Notes under the pieces: model-generated | Seen by the model: the letters and a program-made list of their open reading frames with translations, nothing else | Databases searched by the model: none | Told to the model about the DNA's origin: nothing | Made by a program: the position numbers and the translations under genes | Source: Gammaproteobacteria bacterium | Lineage (GTDB): Bacteria > Pseudomonadota > Gammaproteobacteria > JAURND01 | Reading direction: 5' to 3' | DNA: 64,000 nt | NCBI GenBank assembly: GCA_035546635.1 | Contig: DASZWJ010000034.1 | Location: 70,243-134,242, forward strand | In this document: positions 18,881 to 28,494 of the stretch, in pieces | How positions within the stretch are numbered: position 1 is the stretch's first letter | Layout: each line of letters begins with the position of its first letter

Positions 18881-19369
18881 TCAGGAATAACGGTAACGCA
18901 ATTCAATAGTTCTGCGGCTGGGATATATGACAATATCGGCTTTTTTGCCAGCTTGGTAATTGGCGTCTCTTAAGATATCCGCAATAGGCATGTTGACTGC
19001 ATAAACTGCAACTAAAACTGGAATATTGGGATTTTTGCCTACGACACGGAACTTATAATTGCCAGCAGCAGCTAATTTTGCGACAAGTGGTTCCACGGGG
19101 CCGGTCCAGTCTACAGAAGTGGGGGCTCCTAATCCGATGCTATCAGGATTTAACGGGGGGGCTAGTTTTGCTTTGGGGTGGGTGGCTTTTTCTATAGCTG
19201 CCAATTCATTGAGAGAAGCGCTGACTGAGGTGGCAGCTTCTGTCAATTTTGTTCGGGCATTTTGTGTGCCGGCATCTGGGGGATAATAAGCGACAACTTT
19301 CGTTGATCTTGTACATCCTTGGAGCAACAAAATTGTCATAAGACTCACGACCAGCAATTTAATTTTCAT
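18881..19369 (-). CDS. dotD: Dot/Icm outer-membrane lipoprotein DotD
   Basis: The start is chosen at MKIKLLVVSLMTILLLQGC, which has an AAGGA RBS and a lipobox, giving 162 aa. The ORF track extends to 19468 without signal-peptide logic. Confidence 0.85.
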   Translation of the reverse strand: MKIKLLVVSLMTILLLQGCTRSTKVVAYYPPDAGTQNARTKLTEAATSVSASLNELAAIEKATHPKAKLAPPLNPDSIGLGAPTSVDWTGPVEPLVAKLAAAGNYKFRVVGKNPNIPVLVAVYAVNMPIADILRDANYQAGKKADIVIYPSRRTIELRYRYS

Positions 19370-19570
19370 CGTCCTTTTGACCATCGCAAGTGAGAGGTTA
19401 GTGGAAGTGCCATGACTGCATTTTAGAGTGCAATCAAGGCCTTGGCTATGATTGCGGTATTGAAGCAAGTTGGGAAGTGGCTGTCAATGAAATTATAGGG
19501 CTTTGATAGTTTTAGAGGCAATAAAGTGTTATAATTTAAATGTATTAGAGTAGAATTTTTAGGTGATTAT

Positions 19571-19831
19571 ATGCTTAAGACCCCTTCCCCCAACAGCCAT
19601 TGGCGTGATTCAGCGCGTTATCCGCGGTTCTTTTTTGTGGATGCCAGAGCGGTTTTTCCAGTCTTCTTTTGTTTATTGCATATCAAGTTGTGGACAATTT
19701 TATTAGCTGTGTCGGTAACAGCGTTTTTCACGGTTTTGAATTATTATGGGTTTAGTGTAGCGGTTTTTGGTCGCTGGCTCAGGTGTACCCTTGCTGGACG
19801 AAGAAAAGTGGCCATACCTTGGTGGGTTTGA
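19571..19831 (+). CDS. icmT: Dot/Icm inner-membrane protein IcmT
   Basis: 86 aa. The motif HWRDSARYPRFFFVDARAVFP is characteristic of IcmT/TraK-like proteins. Confidence 0.9.
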   Translation: MLKTPSPNSHWRDSARYPRFFFVDARAVFPVFFCLLHIKLWTILLAVSVTAFFTVLNYYGFSVAVFGRWLRCTLAGRRKVAIPWWV

Positions 19832-19888
19832 CTAATTTTTAATAATTCCAAAAAATATAGTAACTTTCGTTATCCATGAGGCAAATAA

Positions 19889-20227
19889 ATGGAATTGAGT
19901 AAACAGCTAGCTGCGCTGGCAAAGTCGTTGAATGTGAGATTTACTTTTAATGAAAAGCCTATAAGCTATGATGAGGTTTTCTCCTCGACTGGACTTTTGC
20001 CAGGTATAGCGCGTCGTGCTGACCAATTGTCTTCATTGTGTCTCGGGTATGGGATTGGCGCTATGTTTGATGATGCTGAAAAAACTTTGCTTGGTGTTGA
20101 AGTTAAGTTTGATGAAGTTACGCCTAATGTATTACGTTTATTATGCTTGACGGATGTGATGCTGGAGCTAATCAAATCCGCTGCCTCTAAGGATGCTGTG
20201 TCCTTAGATGAATTAATGTATGATTGA
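19889..20227 (+). CDS. icmS: Dot/Icm type IV adaptor/chaperone IcmS
   Basis: 112 aa. FDEVTPNVLRLLCLTDVM and the C-terminal LDELMYD match L. pneumophila IcmS as I remember it. Confidence 0.9.
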   Translation: MELSKQLAALAKSLNVRFTFNEKPISYDEVFSSTGLLPGIARRADQLSSLCLGYGIGAMFDDAEKTLLGVEVKFDEVTPNVLRLLCLTDVMLELIKSAASKDAVSLDELMYD

Positions 20228-20433
20228 GTTGAGTCTTGCTGCAACATATTGATTTATTTAAGCTTTTTATTTGTCTCACTGTTTGTTTTCTCTGCCTTTT
20301 CCCCCAATGAACACCCTCCAAATGACTACATTTTGCACAGCCTGCTGACTACTTTTTATACAGGTATTCTGTGTTTAAATTAACTCCATAAAAACTTGAC
20401 TAAAGTATGAAGCCAAAGGGGAGATTAAACACA

Positions 20434-20679
20434 ATGCTATTAAACTATTTTAAATCCATGAAAGCCCTTGCCGTTGATTCTGGCAGTACCCGCCGCTATA
20501 TACTATCAGGTATTAATTTACTGTTTGTAGGCTGTTTAGTGGTAGTTTTATTGAAGTCAGCAGCATTGTTGCCTATCACTATCGCATGTGAAATCCTGGC
20601 TAAATTTCTTTTGGGTCATTTAATAGAAAAGTGGATGCTGCGAGCAAAAGAAAAGCTTTTAAATAATTCAATTGGTTAA
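20434..20679 (+). CDS. Small membrane protein (about 81 aa), unknown function, inside the Dot/Icm locus
   Basis: An AAGGGGA RBS precedes ATG 20434. There are two hydrophobic segments, and the C-terminal KFLLGHLIEKW resembles KFVLGKFLEIL of the next ORF. Confidence 0.45.
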   Translation: MLLNYFKSMKALAVDSGSTRRYILSGINLLFVGCLVVVLLKSAALLPITIACEILAKFLLGHLIEKWMLRAKEKLLNNSIG

Positions 20680-20689
20680 GGTGATAGCG

Positions 20690-20929
20690 ATGCAGACTAT
20701 GATAAAACATGAAAAAGCGCATAATTATGTATTTTTAGTATTTGCAGTGTTGGTAATGGCTATTTGTATTGTTTTAGCTATTGCCATTCTGTGTGATCTA
20801 TCCTCAATGGTAACAATTAGTTTTCCAATTAAACAAGCAGGCAAGTTTGTATTAGGTAAGTTTCTAGAAATACTGATTCAACGCGGTATGAATGGCGTCA
20901 ATTTGTTTATGAATTCCTCCAGCATTTAG
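20690..20929 (+). CDS. Small membrane protein (about 79 aa), apparent paralog of the previous ORF
   Basis: An AAGGTGA RBS precedes ATG 20690. It has two hydrophobic segments and abuts or overlaps the previous ORF. Confidence 0.45.
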   Translation: MQTMIKHEKAHNYVFLVFAVLVMAICIVLAIAILCDLSSMVTISFPIKQAGKFVLGKFLEILIQRGMNGVNLFMNSSSI

Positions 20930-21289
20930 TGGAGGAATTCAATCTTGCGGGAAGATTGGCAATATTAATTCCGTATTCATGCATTTTTACCTGTATTTTT
21001 CGCTTAATTTGTTATTTTCTAATATATCTTGCAGCCCCCTCCCTGTGTAAAATAAACACCAATCTGGCAGATTTTTTTACGATCTGTACCTCATAAATTA
21101 TTACAGAATGCCTACCGCATTACGGCTATGTGGTGGCTATTGTAAGCAGAAATACAATCAACAATTCTCTTTGCTTTTTAATCTTAGTTTTATCAAGGTA
21201 AGCTGAATTTCCCATTTCTAAAAGGAGCCGATCAGAACCTGCATTATGAGTGGATTACTCAAGCAAAGGATAGCTAATAGTATGAATTT

Positions 21290-21321
21290 ATTAATATTCT
21301 CTTAAGGTGGAGTAGGTAGAA
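21290..21321 (+). promoter_or_regulatory. PmrA-type direct-repeat box plus -10 (promoter of the icmR-position ORF and icmQ)
   Basis: TTAATATT-CT-CTTAAGGTG, then 7 nt, then TAGAAT, about 70 nt upstream of GTG 21393. Confidence 0.6.
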
Positions 21322-21392
21322 TGGACTCATGAACTAAAGAGCCAGAGCATAAAAAATGACTCTGGGATTTTAATGTTTGTGGAGGAGTTAAC

Positions 21393-21695
21393 GTGAAAGA
21401 AAACAATAATAATACGTTGGTCGATGCTGAAGAACACAAACATGACCATGATAAAGAAGTAGTAGACCAAGTAGAAACAGTGGCTAGAAAAGTAAGAGAG
21501 GATGTAAGCCAGCTCAGGGGTCAGGTAACTACCCTTCAAAACCGCAATAATACCCAATTTTTTAAGCCAGCGACAGGTGAAGCAGCTAAAGTTATTGGGG
21601 GTTTGCTTGATAATGCTGTAGATGTGGCACGCAAAGAAGAAGAAAAAGCTCAAGAGTTATTGCAAGGTTCAAAATTGGGTTTAAGCGGGAGCTAA
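21393..21695 (+). CDS. Candidate functional IcmR analogue (FIR-position ORF; possible IcmQ chaperone)
   Basis: A 100-aa, highly charged, helix-prone protein lying directly upstream of icmQ. The start is GTG with a GGAGGAG RBS. The call is based on position only. Confidence 0.45.
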   Translation: MKENNNNTLVDAEEHKHDHDKEVVDQVETVARKVREDVSQLRGQVTTLQNRNNTQFFKPATGEAAKVIGGLLDNAVDVARKEEEKAQELLQGSKLGLSGS

Positions 21696-21741
21696 GAATA
21701 AATAAAACTTTCCAGCCTATTCTATTTATTCGGAGTGAATT

Positions 21742-22299
21742 GTGTATCAACAAGAAGCAAGAGACAGACTGGTCAATGCATTAGATAAGGCTATTAATGA
21801 AGGCCAATGGGAAGGCAGTTTGTTTTTTAGAAATATATTGAAACGGCTGCATGAAATTCGGGAATATGTCGTAGTAGAATTAGACGATCCTGAGCAAGAC
21901 ACGGAAGTCAATGCAGAGCTAGTAAATGCCATCAACAAACAAGAACAAGGTTACCAAAAAGTATATATTGCCATCTATCAGGCACAAGGTGACCGCTTAG
22001 CAGGGTGGACAAATGCGGTCAGTAAACTGTGTGATTATTATATTAGCCGCCCGGTTTATCAAAAAGAAGATCACGTGCGTGAAATGATTTTCGCCAAACG
22101 CAGCAGGAATGATGCTTATGTTGCAATTTGGGTTCGTCAAGAAGATATTTTGGGGACGAATAAAACGCAGGATCGCTGGGGGCATGAACTGCTGATCTTA
22201 AAAGAAGGCAGTGTCAAAGTTGAGAATATTATTGAATTTGTGCATGACAATTATAGATATTCCCTGATGGGAAATAAATTAGTGTTAAATAATGCATAA
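21742..22299 (+). CDS. icmQ: Dot/Icm protein IcmQ
   Basis: 185 aa. The N-terminal helical region (LVNALDKAINEGQWEGSLFFRNILKRL), the size and the position upstream of icmP fit IcmQ. Confidence 0.8.
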   Translation: MYQQEARDRLVNALDKAINEGQWEGSLFFRNILKRLHEIREYVVVELDDPEQDTEVNAELVNAINKQEQGYQKVYIAIYQAQGDRLAGWTNAVSKLCDYYISRPVYQKEDHVREMIFAKRSRNDAYVAIWVRQEDILGTNKTQDRWGHELLILKEGSVKVENIIEFVHDNYRYSLMGNKLVLNNA

Positions 22300-22369
22300 A
22301 GTTTTTTTGCCTAATTCTCTTGAGTAAAATTAGGCCAATTTTCAAACTATAAAGTAAAACAGGTGTCAA

Positions 22370-23509
22370 ATGCAAGGTCGTCAACAAGGTGGTAATGGTG
22401 ATAATTCCATGGATATGCTGTGGATAGGAGGCGTGCTTATCGCTTTTGTCCTAGGTATCTGGTATTTCGGCCGTTTTTATATTATTCAAACCGCCTTTTT
22501 CGTTAAATATTACGAGATCAACGTGATTAACTATGTGTTAGGCGCGTGGAATTTGCTAGCGCATAAAGCTAGCTTGCCTGAATTTAATTTAACACTGCTC
22601 AAAGAGTTGCAAGCGCAAATTCAGACCAGAAGTATTGGTACAAATTATTCAGCGCTACAAATTGCTATGACCATGGTGGGACAGTATCTGTGCTATCCAT
22701 TAGGGTTGGTGATGGTGATTTTAGCGTTTATTATTCACGGTAAAAACATCACGCTAAAATTAAGAAACGTTTTCAGCATGAAAACCATGAAGCAAATGGA
22801 GCAGAAAGAAAATCCCCAGATTGCGCCGGTGATTAAATTGAGTTTGGCTAAAGAAAATGTCAACCAAGGTAACTGGGCAATGGCTATGACGCCCATGCAA
22901 TATTGCAAGCATATGAAGTTATTAAAAGAGAAAAAATCTGAAACCGGTGCAGTGACAGTAGAATTATTGCGTAGTGAGGCGCAGCAGGCATTTGTACTGC
23001 AACTTGGACCTTTATGGAGTGGGGTTGAAACATTGCCCTTGCATGCGAAAGCTTTATTTGCAGCATTTGCTGCCTTTGGTAACCAAGATCGTGCCGGTGG
23101 TATGAGACTGCTGCAGCATATTTCAGGTTCTGCAGCCGAAGGTCAGTTGAATTTTGATGGCACGCATGCCTTGTTAGCTAAACATAAAGACAGCAAATTG
23201 GTAGCCAAAGTCATCAGCAGACATGCTTATATATTAACCGTATTTGCAACGATGTTGGAATTAGCTAGAACCGATGGCGTATTTGCCACCAGTGAGTTTT
23301 TATGGTTAAAGCCGCTCAATAGACGCTTGTGGTATGTGTTAAATACCGTAGGCCGGCAAACGGCTGTGCCTGAAGTTGGCGGAGTTTATGCGCATTGGAT
23401 CGCGGAGAAAAAATGGGGTGGTGCATTGCGTACCCCTATGGTTGAGGAAGCGGTAAAAGGATTAGAGATCGCTCTTTCAGAAGTTATTTATGAAGCTGAA
23501 GAAGAATAG
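22370..23509 (+). CDS. icmP: Dot/Icm coupling-complex membrane protein IcmP/DotM
   Basis: 379 aa with N-terminal TM segments. It lies immediately upstream of icmO/dotL. Confidence 0.85.
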   Translation: MQGRQQGGNGDNSMDMLWIGGVLIAFVLGIWYFGRFYIIQTAFFVKYYEINVINYVLGAWNLLAHKASLPEFNLTLLKELQAQIQTRSIGTNYSALQIAMTMVGQYLCYPLGLVMVILAFIIHGKNITLKLRNVFSMKTMKQMEQKENPQIAPVIKLSLAKENVNQGNWAMAMTPMQYCKHMKLLKEKKSETGAVTVELLRSEAQQAFVLQLGPLWSGVETLPLHAKALFAAFAAFGNQDRAGGMRLLQHISGSAAEGQLNFDGTHALLAKHKDSKLVAKVISRHAYILTVFATMLELARTDGVFATSEFLWLKPLNRRLWYVLNTVGRQTAVPEVGGVYAHWIAEKKWGGALRTPMVEEAVKGLEIALSEVIYEAEEE

Positions 23510-23517
23510 GTGGCGGT

Positions 23518-25881
23518 ATGGCTCGTGCATTACGTGGTTTAGAGCAAAATCAAGAACAAAATTATTCACAACTATTGCGTGATACCCGCACTGTAGGGCA
23601 GCGCATTCGCGATTTCTTCAGGAATTCTTTCGCGGTTGCGATGTCGCTGGTGTTTGGCGCTGTGGCAGGTGTGTTTTTTCCAGCGCTGACAGAATTTATT
23701 TTCATGTTTGGGGTGCTGTTTTTTCTGATTGGACTCGCAGTGACACGTAAACTGACCTTACCGTTTCGTATGCCGCAACGCTGTGGAGAACCAGACTATA
23801 ATGATCCGGCGCCAGGATCAAATAAGCCGCGTAAAGCCCGCGGCATTTATTTTCTCGGTAATGAAATAAAAACCAAAGAAGAATTGTGGTTTGCCAACGA
23901 TGATATGCGTACGCACATGTTGGTATTCGGCTCAACCGGTAGCGGTAAAACCGAAGCCTTAGTTTCTATTGCTTATAATGCGCTTATCCAGGGCAGTGGC
24001 TTTATTTATGTGGACGGTAAAGGTGATAACTCCTTATTCGCCAAAGTATTCTCCATGGTGCGTTCCATGGGGCGTGAAGACGATATGCTGTTGATTAACT
24101 TCATGACCGGTGCGAGAGATATTATTGGTCCGCAGAAAAGCCGCTTGTCCAATACCATGAATCCGTTTGCCAATGGTTCATCCAGCATGCTTTCACAATT
24201 AGTTGTCAGTCTCATGGACTCAGGTTCCAGCGGCGGTGATGGCGATATGTGGAAAGGCCGTGCGGTGAACTTCGTCGAATCATTGATGAAAGTGCTAGTC
24301 GCAATGCGTGATGCCGGTCATATTTTGCTGGATGCCAATACCATTCGTAACTATTTCCATCTAGAACGTATCGAAGCGATGGTGATCGATAAGGTATTTA
24401 TCCGTGACGATCAAGATCCAATCAATATCGAATATCTGCCGCCATTGGTCATAGAACCAATCAAGAACTATCTGCTCAACTTGCCTGGCTACAATAAAGA
24501 GAAAAAAGGCAAACAGGTGTCACAGGTATTAGAACAGCATGGTTTTATCACCATGCAGCTGACTAAAGTGTTCGGTTCGTTGTCAGATACCTATAGCCAT
24601 ATCATGCGTACTAACCTGGCTGAAGTGGATTTAAAAGACGTGGTGCTTAATCGTCGCATTTTAGTTGTATTATTGCCGGCATTGGAAAAATCTCCTGATG
24701 AATTGTCCAACTTGGGTAAGGTCATTATCGCTTCGTTGAAAGCAATGATGGCGGCAGGTTTAGGTGATGCGGTCGAAGGTGATTACCGTGATGTGATTCA
24801 GCGTAAGCCGACCAATTCGCTGACTCCCTACTTATGTATTCTTGACGAGTATGGATATTACGCGGTGAAGGGTTTTGCGGTGGTGCCAGCGCAGGCACGT
24901 TCTTTAGGATTCTCGGTAGTTTTCGCCGGACAGGATTTACCTGCCTTCCAGAAAGCTTCTAAAGAAGAAGCCTTATCTATCGGTGCGAATACCAACATCA
25001 AGATTTGTATGAAATTGGAAGATCCATTGGATACCTGGGATTTCTTTATGAAAACCGCAGGTGAATCTTATGTGACCTCAGTTAAAGAGTTCCAAAACGA
25101 TGCGACCAAGGCGATAGCCGGTTACATGGATAGCAAGAGCGCCCAAGTGGAAAAACGCGCGCGTGTTGACTTATTGGACTTGAAAGAGCAGCGCGAAGGG
25201 GAAGCGCATATCTTCTTTAAATCGAAGATTGTGCGCGCGAAGATGTTTTATGCCAACCCTGAAATTGTGCCGCACATGCGTTTAAATCAGTTCCTCAAGA
25301 TTGAAACACCACCGGATTCTGTACTAGCGGAATTGAGTAAAGTTGGCAGGAGTTTTGAAAATATAATGAATAGTGGCGATATTTTTGCTAGTATCGATGC
25401 TATCGAAGACGATTTAGGGATAATTACTAACGCAATCATTAATGGAGATGGAACTCAATCAGCCATTGAACGCGGAGTTGCGGCGCTGTTAGCGTTTCAT
25501 TCCCGGGTTCTGCCAGAACAACCTGCTGAAGAAGAGTTATTACCAGAAATACCCCAGACTGAACTTAATTTATTTACGCCATTACGTGTATCGGATCATA
25601 TCCAGCACTATATCCTGGTTAAAGATATTAATACATTTGGCGCTCCATTCCTTGAGCCTATCACAATCAGGGAGAATATGATTAATGTCGAGCGTTTATT
25701 AGGAAGGGGAGAGGTTCAGGCTATTAGCATCGGGACAGAAATTCTAAAAGATATGCAGCAGGCAACCCATTATCCTCCAGACATTGAAGATAATCCAATG
25801 CCTGAGGAACTGTCTGATTTGATTTCCAATTTGCTGCAGCATATTGTGTTGAGGAAGACTGAGTCTAAAGCTGAGGCCTAA
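23518..25881 (+). CDS. icmO: Dot/Icm type IV coupling protein IcmO/DotL
   Basis: 787 aa with two N-terminal TMs, Walker A GSTGSGKTE and Walker B-like LCILDEYGYY. Confidence 0.92.
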   Translation: MARALRGLEQNQEQNYSQLLRDTRTVGQRIRDFFRNSFAVAMSLVFGAVAGVFFPALTEFIFMFGVLFFLIGLAVTRKLTLPFRMPQRCGEPDYNDPAPGSNKPRKARGIYFLGNEIKTKEELWFANDDMRTHMLVFGSTGSGKTEALVSIAYNALIQGSGFIYVDGKGDNSLFAKVFSMVRSMGREDDMLLINFMTGARDIIGPQKSRLSNTMNPFANGSSSMLSQLVVSLMDSGSSGGDGDMWKGRAVNFVESLMKVLVAMRDAGHILLDANTIRNYFHLERIEAMVIDKVFIRDDQDPINIEYLPPLVIEPIKNYLLNLPGYNKEKKGKQVSQVLEQHGFITMQLTKVFGSLSDTYSHIMRTNLAEVDLKDVVLNRRILVVLLPALEKSPDELSNLGKVIIASLKAMMAAGLGDAVEGDYRDVIQRKPTNSLTPYLCILDEYGYYAVKGFAVVPAQARSLGFSVVFAGQDLPAFQKASKEEALSIGANTNIKICMKLEDPLDTWDFFMKTAGESYVTSVKEFQNDATKAIAGYMDSKSAQVEKRARVDLLDLKEQREGEAHIFFKSKIVRAKMFYANPEIVPHMRLNQFLKIETPPDSVLAELSKVGRSFENIMNSGDIFASIDAIEDDLGIITNAIINGDGTQSAIERGVAALLAFHSRVLPEQPAEEELLPEIPQTELNLFTPLRVSDHIQHYILVKDINTFGAPFLEPITIRENMINVERLLGRGEVQAISIGTEILKDMQQATHYPPDIEDNPMPEELSDLISNLLQHIVLRKTESKAEA

Positions 25882-25895
25882 ATCAGTCGTGACCC

Positions 25896-25954
25896 TTTTC
25901 CTTCTCCCATCCCACAAGGGGATTCCCTTCGGTCACAGACGGGAGAAGGAAAAA
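25896..25954 (+). repeat. Family-A REP/MITE-like element (copy 2 of 5)
   Basis: ttttccttctcccatcccacaaggggattcccttcggtcacagacgggagaaggaaaaa, located between icmO and icmN. Confidence 0.85.
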
Positions 25955-25982
25955 TGTAAAATTGTTATTCTAGGGAAAAAAC

Positions 25983-26528
25983 ATGGCCAGGATAAGTCGT
26001 TTTTTCATTATTTTATTAATGGGTTTAATATTGCTGACTGCTTGCAGCCAGCAAAAATCCTATGTTTTTGTAGTCAATCCATCCAGGGATCCTGAGGCTA
26101 CTAAACAGTTAAAAGCACCTGCTCTGATTAAAAGTCTAAATCGGCAGGGTGTACAGGTAGTACAAATAGGTGACACATTAAGGATAATACTGCCTAGTGA
26201 TATGATATTTAACCCACGCTCTGCTAATTTTAGCTCTGGAAGTAGGGTGCTTGACAATGTTGCTTACCTCATGTTAATGCTAAGGACAACGCAAGCAGAG
26301 GTTGCGGGGTTTACCAATGCCATGCCGGCTCAGGCCGCGCGGGCGTTATCCTTGCGACAAGCGCAGGTGGTTGCAAATTATTTATGGGAAAGAGGTATTG
26401 ATTCGCGCATTCTTTATGCAGTGGGATATGGCACCTCAGAACCTATGAGCAGTGTGCCGGTAGATCCGGCAAATCGCCGTGTGGAGATCCGTTTTCAGTT
26501 TCTGCATTATGGTGTGGGAAGATACTAG
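25983..26528 (+). CDS. icmN: Dot/Icm OmpA-like lipoprotein IcmN/DotK
   Basis: 181 aa with lipobox LLTACS and a C-terminal OmpA-like peptidoglycan-binding domain (NRRVEIRF). Confidence 0.85.
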   Translation: MARISRFFIILLMGLILLTACSQQKSYVFVVNPSRDPEATKQLKAPALIKSLNRQGVQVVQIGDTLRIILPSDMIFNPRSANFSSGSRVLDNVAYLMLMLRTTQAEVAGFTNAMPAQAARALSLRQAQVVANYLWERGIDSRILYAVGYGTSEPMSSVPVDPANRRVEIRFQFLHYGVGRY

Positions 26529-26538
26529 GGTTAAAAAT

Positions 26539-26576
26539 CCTTCTCCCTTTGTGGGAGAAGGGAATATGATTTTTTT
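26539..26576 (+). terminator. REP-core hairpin followed by a T-run (possible attenuator/terminator after icmN)
   Basis: The hairpin ccttctccctttgtgggagaagg is followed by gaatatgattttttt. Confidence 0.45.
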
Positions 26577-26596
26577 ATGTTTTTAGGTTTGTGTAT

Positions 26597-27232
26597 ATGT
26601 TAGATGATGATGCAATAGAGGTTGTAAGATTAAGAAATAATTTTTATCGTGATGGTTATCGCCGTGTGTTATCGGCATTGCTTCTTTTGGTGCTGATTAA
26701 TATTATAATGGCGGGCATTTTAGCTTATTTGGTAACCCATCCGGCAAAACCGCAATACTTTGCGACGACCCGAGATGGTAAAATTATCCGAATGTATCCA
26801 TTGAGTGAGCCGGCAATATCGACATCAGAATTGCTACAATGGGCAGCTACAGCTGCAACGGCCGCCAATACCTATAACTTTGTGAATTATCGCAAAGAAC
26901 TACAGGCCGCTTCGGAATACTTTACGCCGACAGGTTGGAAAGAATATCAGGATGCTTTAAAAGCTTCTAGAAACTTAGAAACAGTGACTTCCAAGAAGTT
27001 AACCGTAAACGCTGTTGCGACGGGAGCACCGATTATAGTTGACCAAGGTGTGGTGAACGGCCGCTACAAATGGAAGATTCAAATGCCGATCTTGGTAACC
27101 TATGAGAGCTCAAGTACAAATATATCTCAGCCTTCATTGGTGACCATGCTGGTATCCCGCGTATCGACATTGGATACCCCCAAAGGCATAGCGATTGATG
27201 CATTTTATATGACGGAGCAGCCGGTGCGTTAA
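26597..27232 (+). CDS. icmL: Dot/Icm inner-membrane protein IcmL/DotI
   Basis: The VVRLRNNFYRDGYRR motif, one TM and a periplasmic domain are present. The ORF opens at GTG 26591, with an ATG at 26597. Confidence 0.88.
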   Translation: MLDDDAIEVVRLRNNFYRDGYRRVLSALLLLVLINIIMAGILAYLVTHPAKPQYFATTRDGKIIRMYPLSEPAISTSELLQWAATAATAANTYNFVNYRKELQAASEYFTPTGWKEYQDALKASRNLETVTSKKLTVNAVATGAPIIVDQGVVNGRYKWKIQMPILVTYESSSTNISQPSLVTMLVSRVSTLDTPKGIAIDAFYMTEQPVR

Positions 27233-27244
27233 ATAGCCGTAACC

Positions 27245-27304
27245 TTTTCCCTTCTCCCATCCCACAAGGGGATTCCCTTCGGTCACAGACGGGAGAAGGA
27301 AAAA
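27245..27304 (+). repeat. Family-A REP/MITE-like element (copy 3 of 5)
   Basis: Near-identical to copy 2 and in the same orientation, located between icmL and icmK. Confidence 0.85.
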
Positions 27305-27359
27305 TGCCAAGGCGGTTAGAGGCTTTTAAATAACTCTTCAAAAAGGGGCCAAAAAAACA

Positions 27360-28493
27360 ATGAAAAAGAATTCATTGGTAGCCGCAGTGATAATAGGATT
27401 TTATGCCCCTTGCATACTTGCCGCAGATGCGGAGAACAGTACTTTGCAGCAGCAGCTGCAATCCATACAGCAAACTATGGATCAGCCAAGTCCATCACCT
27501 GCAGCCCAGCAAACAACGGCTCCAGTTCTGGCCCCCGCTGCGACTGGCCAGGCTCAAGGGACTTCATCCAACGATCAAGGTAATATTCCGGCTAACGCCA
27601 ACCCTAATGCCTCGCCATTTGAACAATTACCGCCGCCTCCAGTGCCAACTGCTACTAGTGGTAGTGCTTCAGGACCGGCAGGTGGCAGTACCAACCAGAA
27701 TGCACCTGCAGTAGCCGTATCCTCTGAAAGTTTACGCGATGAAGCATTCGCCAGGGTGACTAATTCTGCTTTACCGCTCACACCAACCCAGATTCAATTG
27801 CTACGCAGCCTCTATGATGCCACTCAACGGGCAGCCGCTGTATTCCCGGGCGTGCCTCCCCGGCCAACCTCAAATTCCATCGCTGTTAATCTCTCACCTG
27901 GTGCGACTCCTCCGGTGATACGTTTAGGCGCCGGTTTTGTCACTTCCCTAGTATTTGTGGATTCAACGGGTTCGCCTTGGCCGATTGAATCCTACAGCCT
28001 TGGCAACCCAGCCGCTTTCAATATTCAATGGGATAAAAAAAGTAATATTCTCTTGGTTCAGGCCATTGCCGCACATCGAATAGGTAATCTAGCTGTCATA
28101 TTAAGAGGCCTGAATACCCCAGTGATGATCGATCTTTCACCAGGGCAAGCGGCCATGGACGTCAGAGTGGATTTGCGTATACCCAGTTTAGGACCAGAAG
28201 CTAAACCTTCCTTCACACAGTTACCCGCGGTTGAAAATCCGTTTTTACTGAATTTATTGGACGGTATTCCACCGCCTGGCGCTAAACAGCTGAAAGCTTC
28301 TGACTGTGAGGATTGCGCCTGGTTATTGGATGGTAAATTATATTTACGCACCCAATACACAGTTCTTTCTCCTGGCTGGATCTCATCTCTATCGAGTGCA
28401 GACGGAACGCATGTTTATGAAATGCAGCCCACGCCAATGATATTAGTCACTTATAATGGCAAAACGATAAAGCTCAAAATTGAGGGGTTTTAG
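27360..28493 (+). CDS. icmK: Dot/Icm outer-membrane core protein IcmK/DotH
   Basis: 377 aa with a signal peptide, a Q/P/A-rich N-terminal region and a conserved C-terminal beta-rich domain. It sits between icmL and icmE. Confidence 0.85.
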   Translation: MKKNSLVAAVIIGFYAPCILAADAENSTLQQQLQSIQQTMDQPSPSPAAQQTTAPVLAPAATGQAQGTSSNDQGNIPANANPNASPFEQLPPPPVPTATSGSASGPAGGSTNQNAPAVAVSSESLRDEAFARVTNSALPLTPTQIQLLRSLYDATQRAAAVFPGVPPRPTSNSIAVNLSPGATPPVIRLGAGFVTSLVFVDSTGSPWPIESYSLGNPAAFNIQWDKKSNILLVQAIAAHRIGNLAVILRGLNTPVMIDLSPGQAAMDVRVDLRIPSLGPEAKPSFTQLPAVENPFLLNLLDGIPPPGAKQLKASDCEDCAWLLDGKLYLRTQYTVLSPGWISSLSSADGTHVYEMQPTPMILVTYNGKTIKLKIEGF

Positions 28494-28494
28494 C

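Noticed and set aside
21180-21290. A possible RsmY/RsmZ-like small RNA, suggested by several A-GGA motifs (aaaaggagcc, gtggatta, caaaggatag) in the ORF-free stretch upstream of the icmR-position ORF
   Set aside because: I could find no LetA/GacA-type upstream palindrome, no convincing stem-loops presenting the GGA motifs, and no terminator. Three GGA motifs in AT-rich DNA is not significant on its own.
21327-21653. The 108-aa minus-strand ORF antisense to the icmR-position gene
   Set aside because: It is a Phe/Ile-rich low-complexity translation of the complement of an A-rich coding region. It has no RBS and conflicts with a plus-strand ORF that has a strong RBS and promoter.
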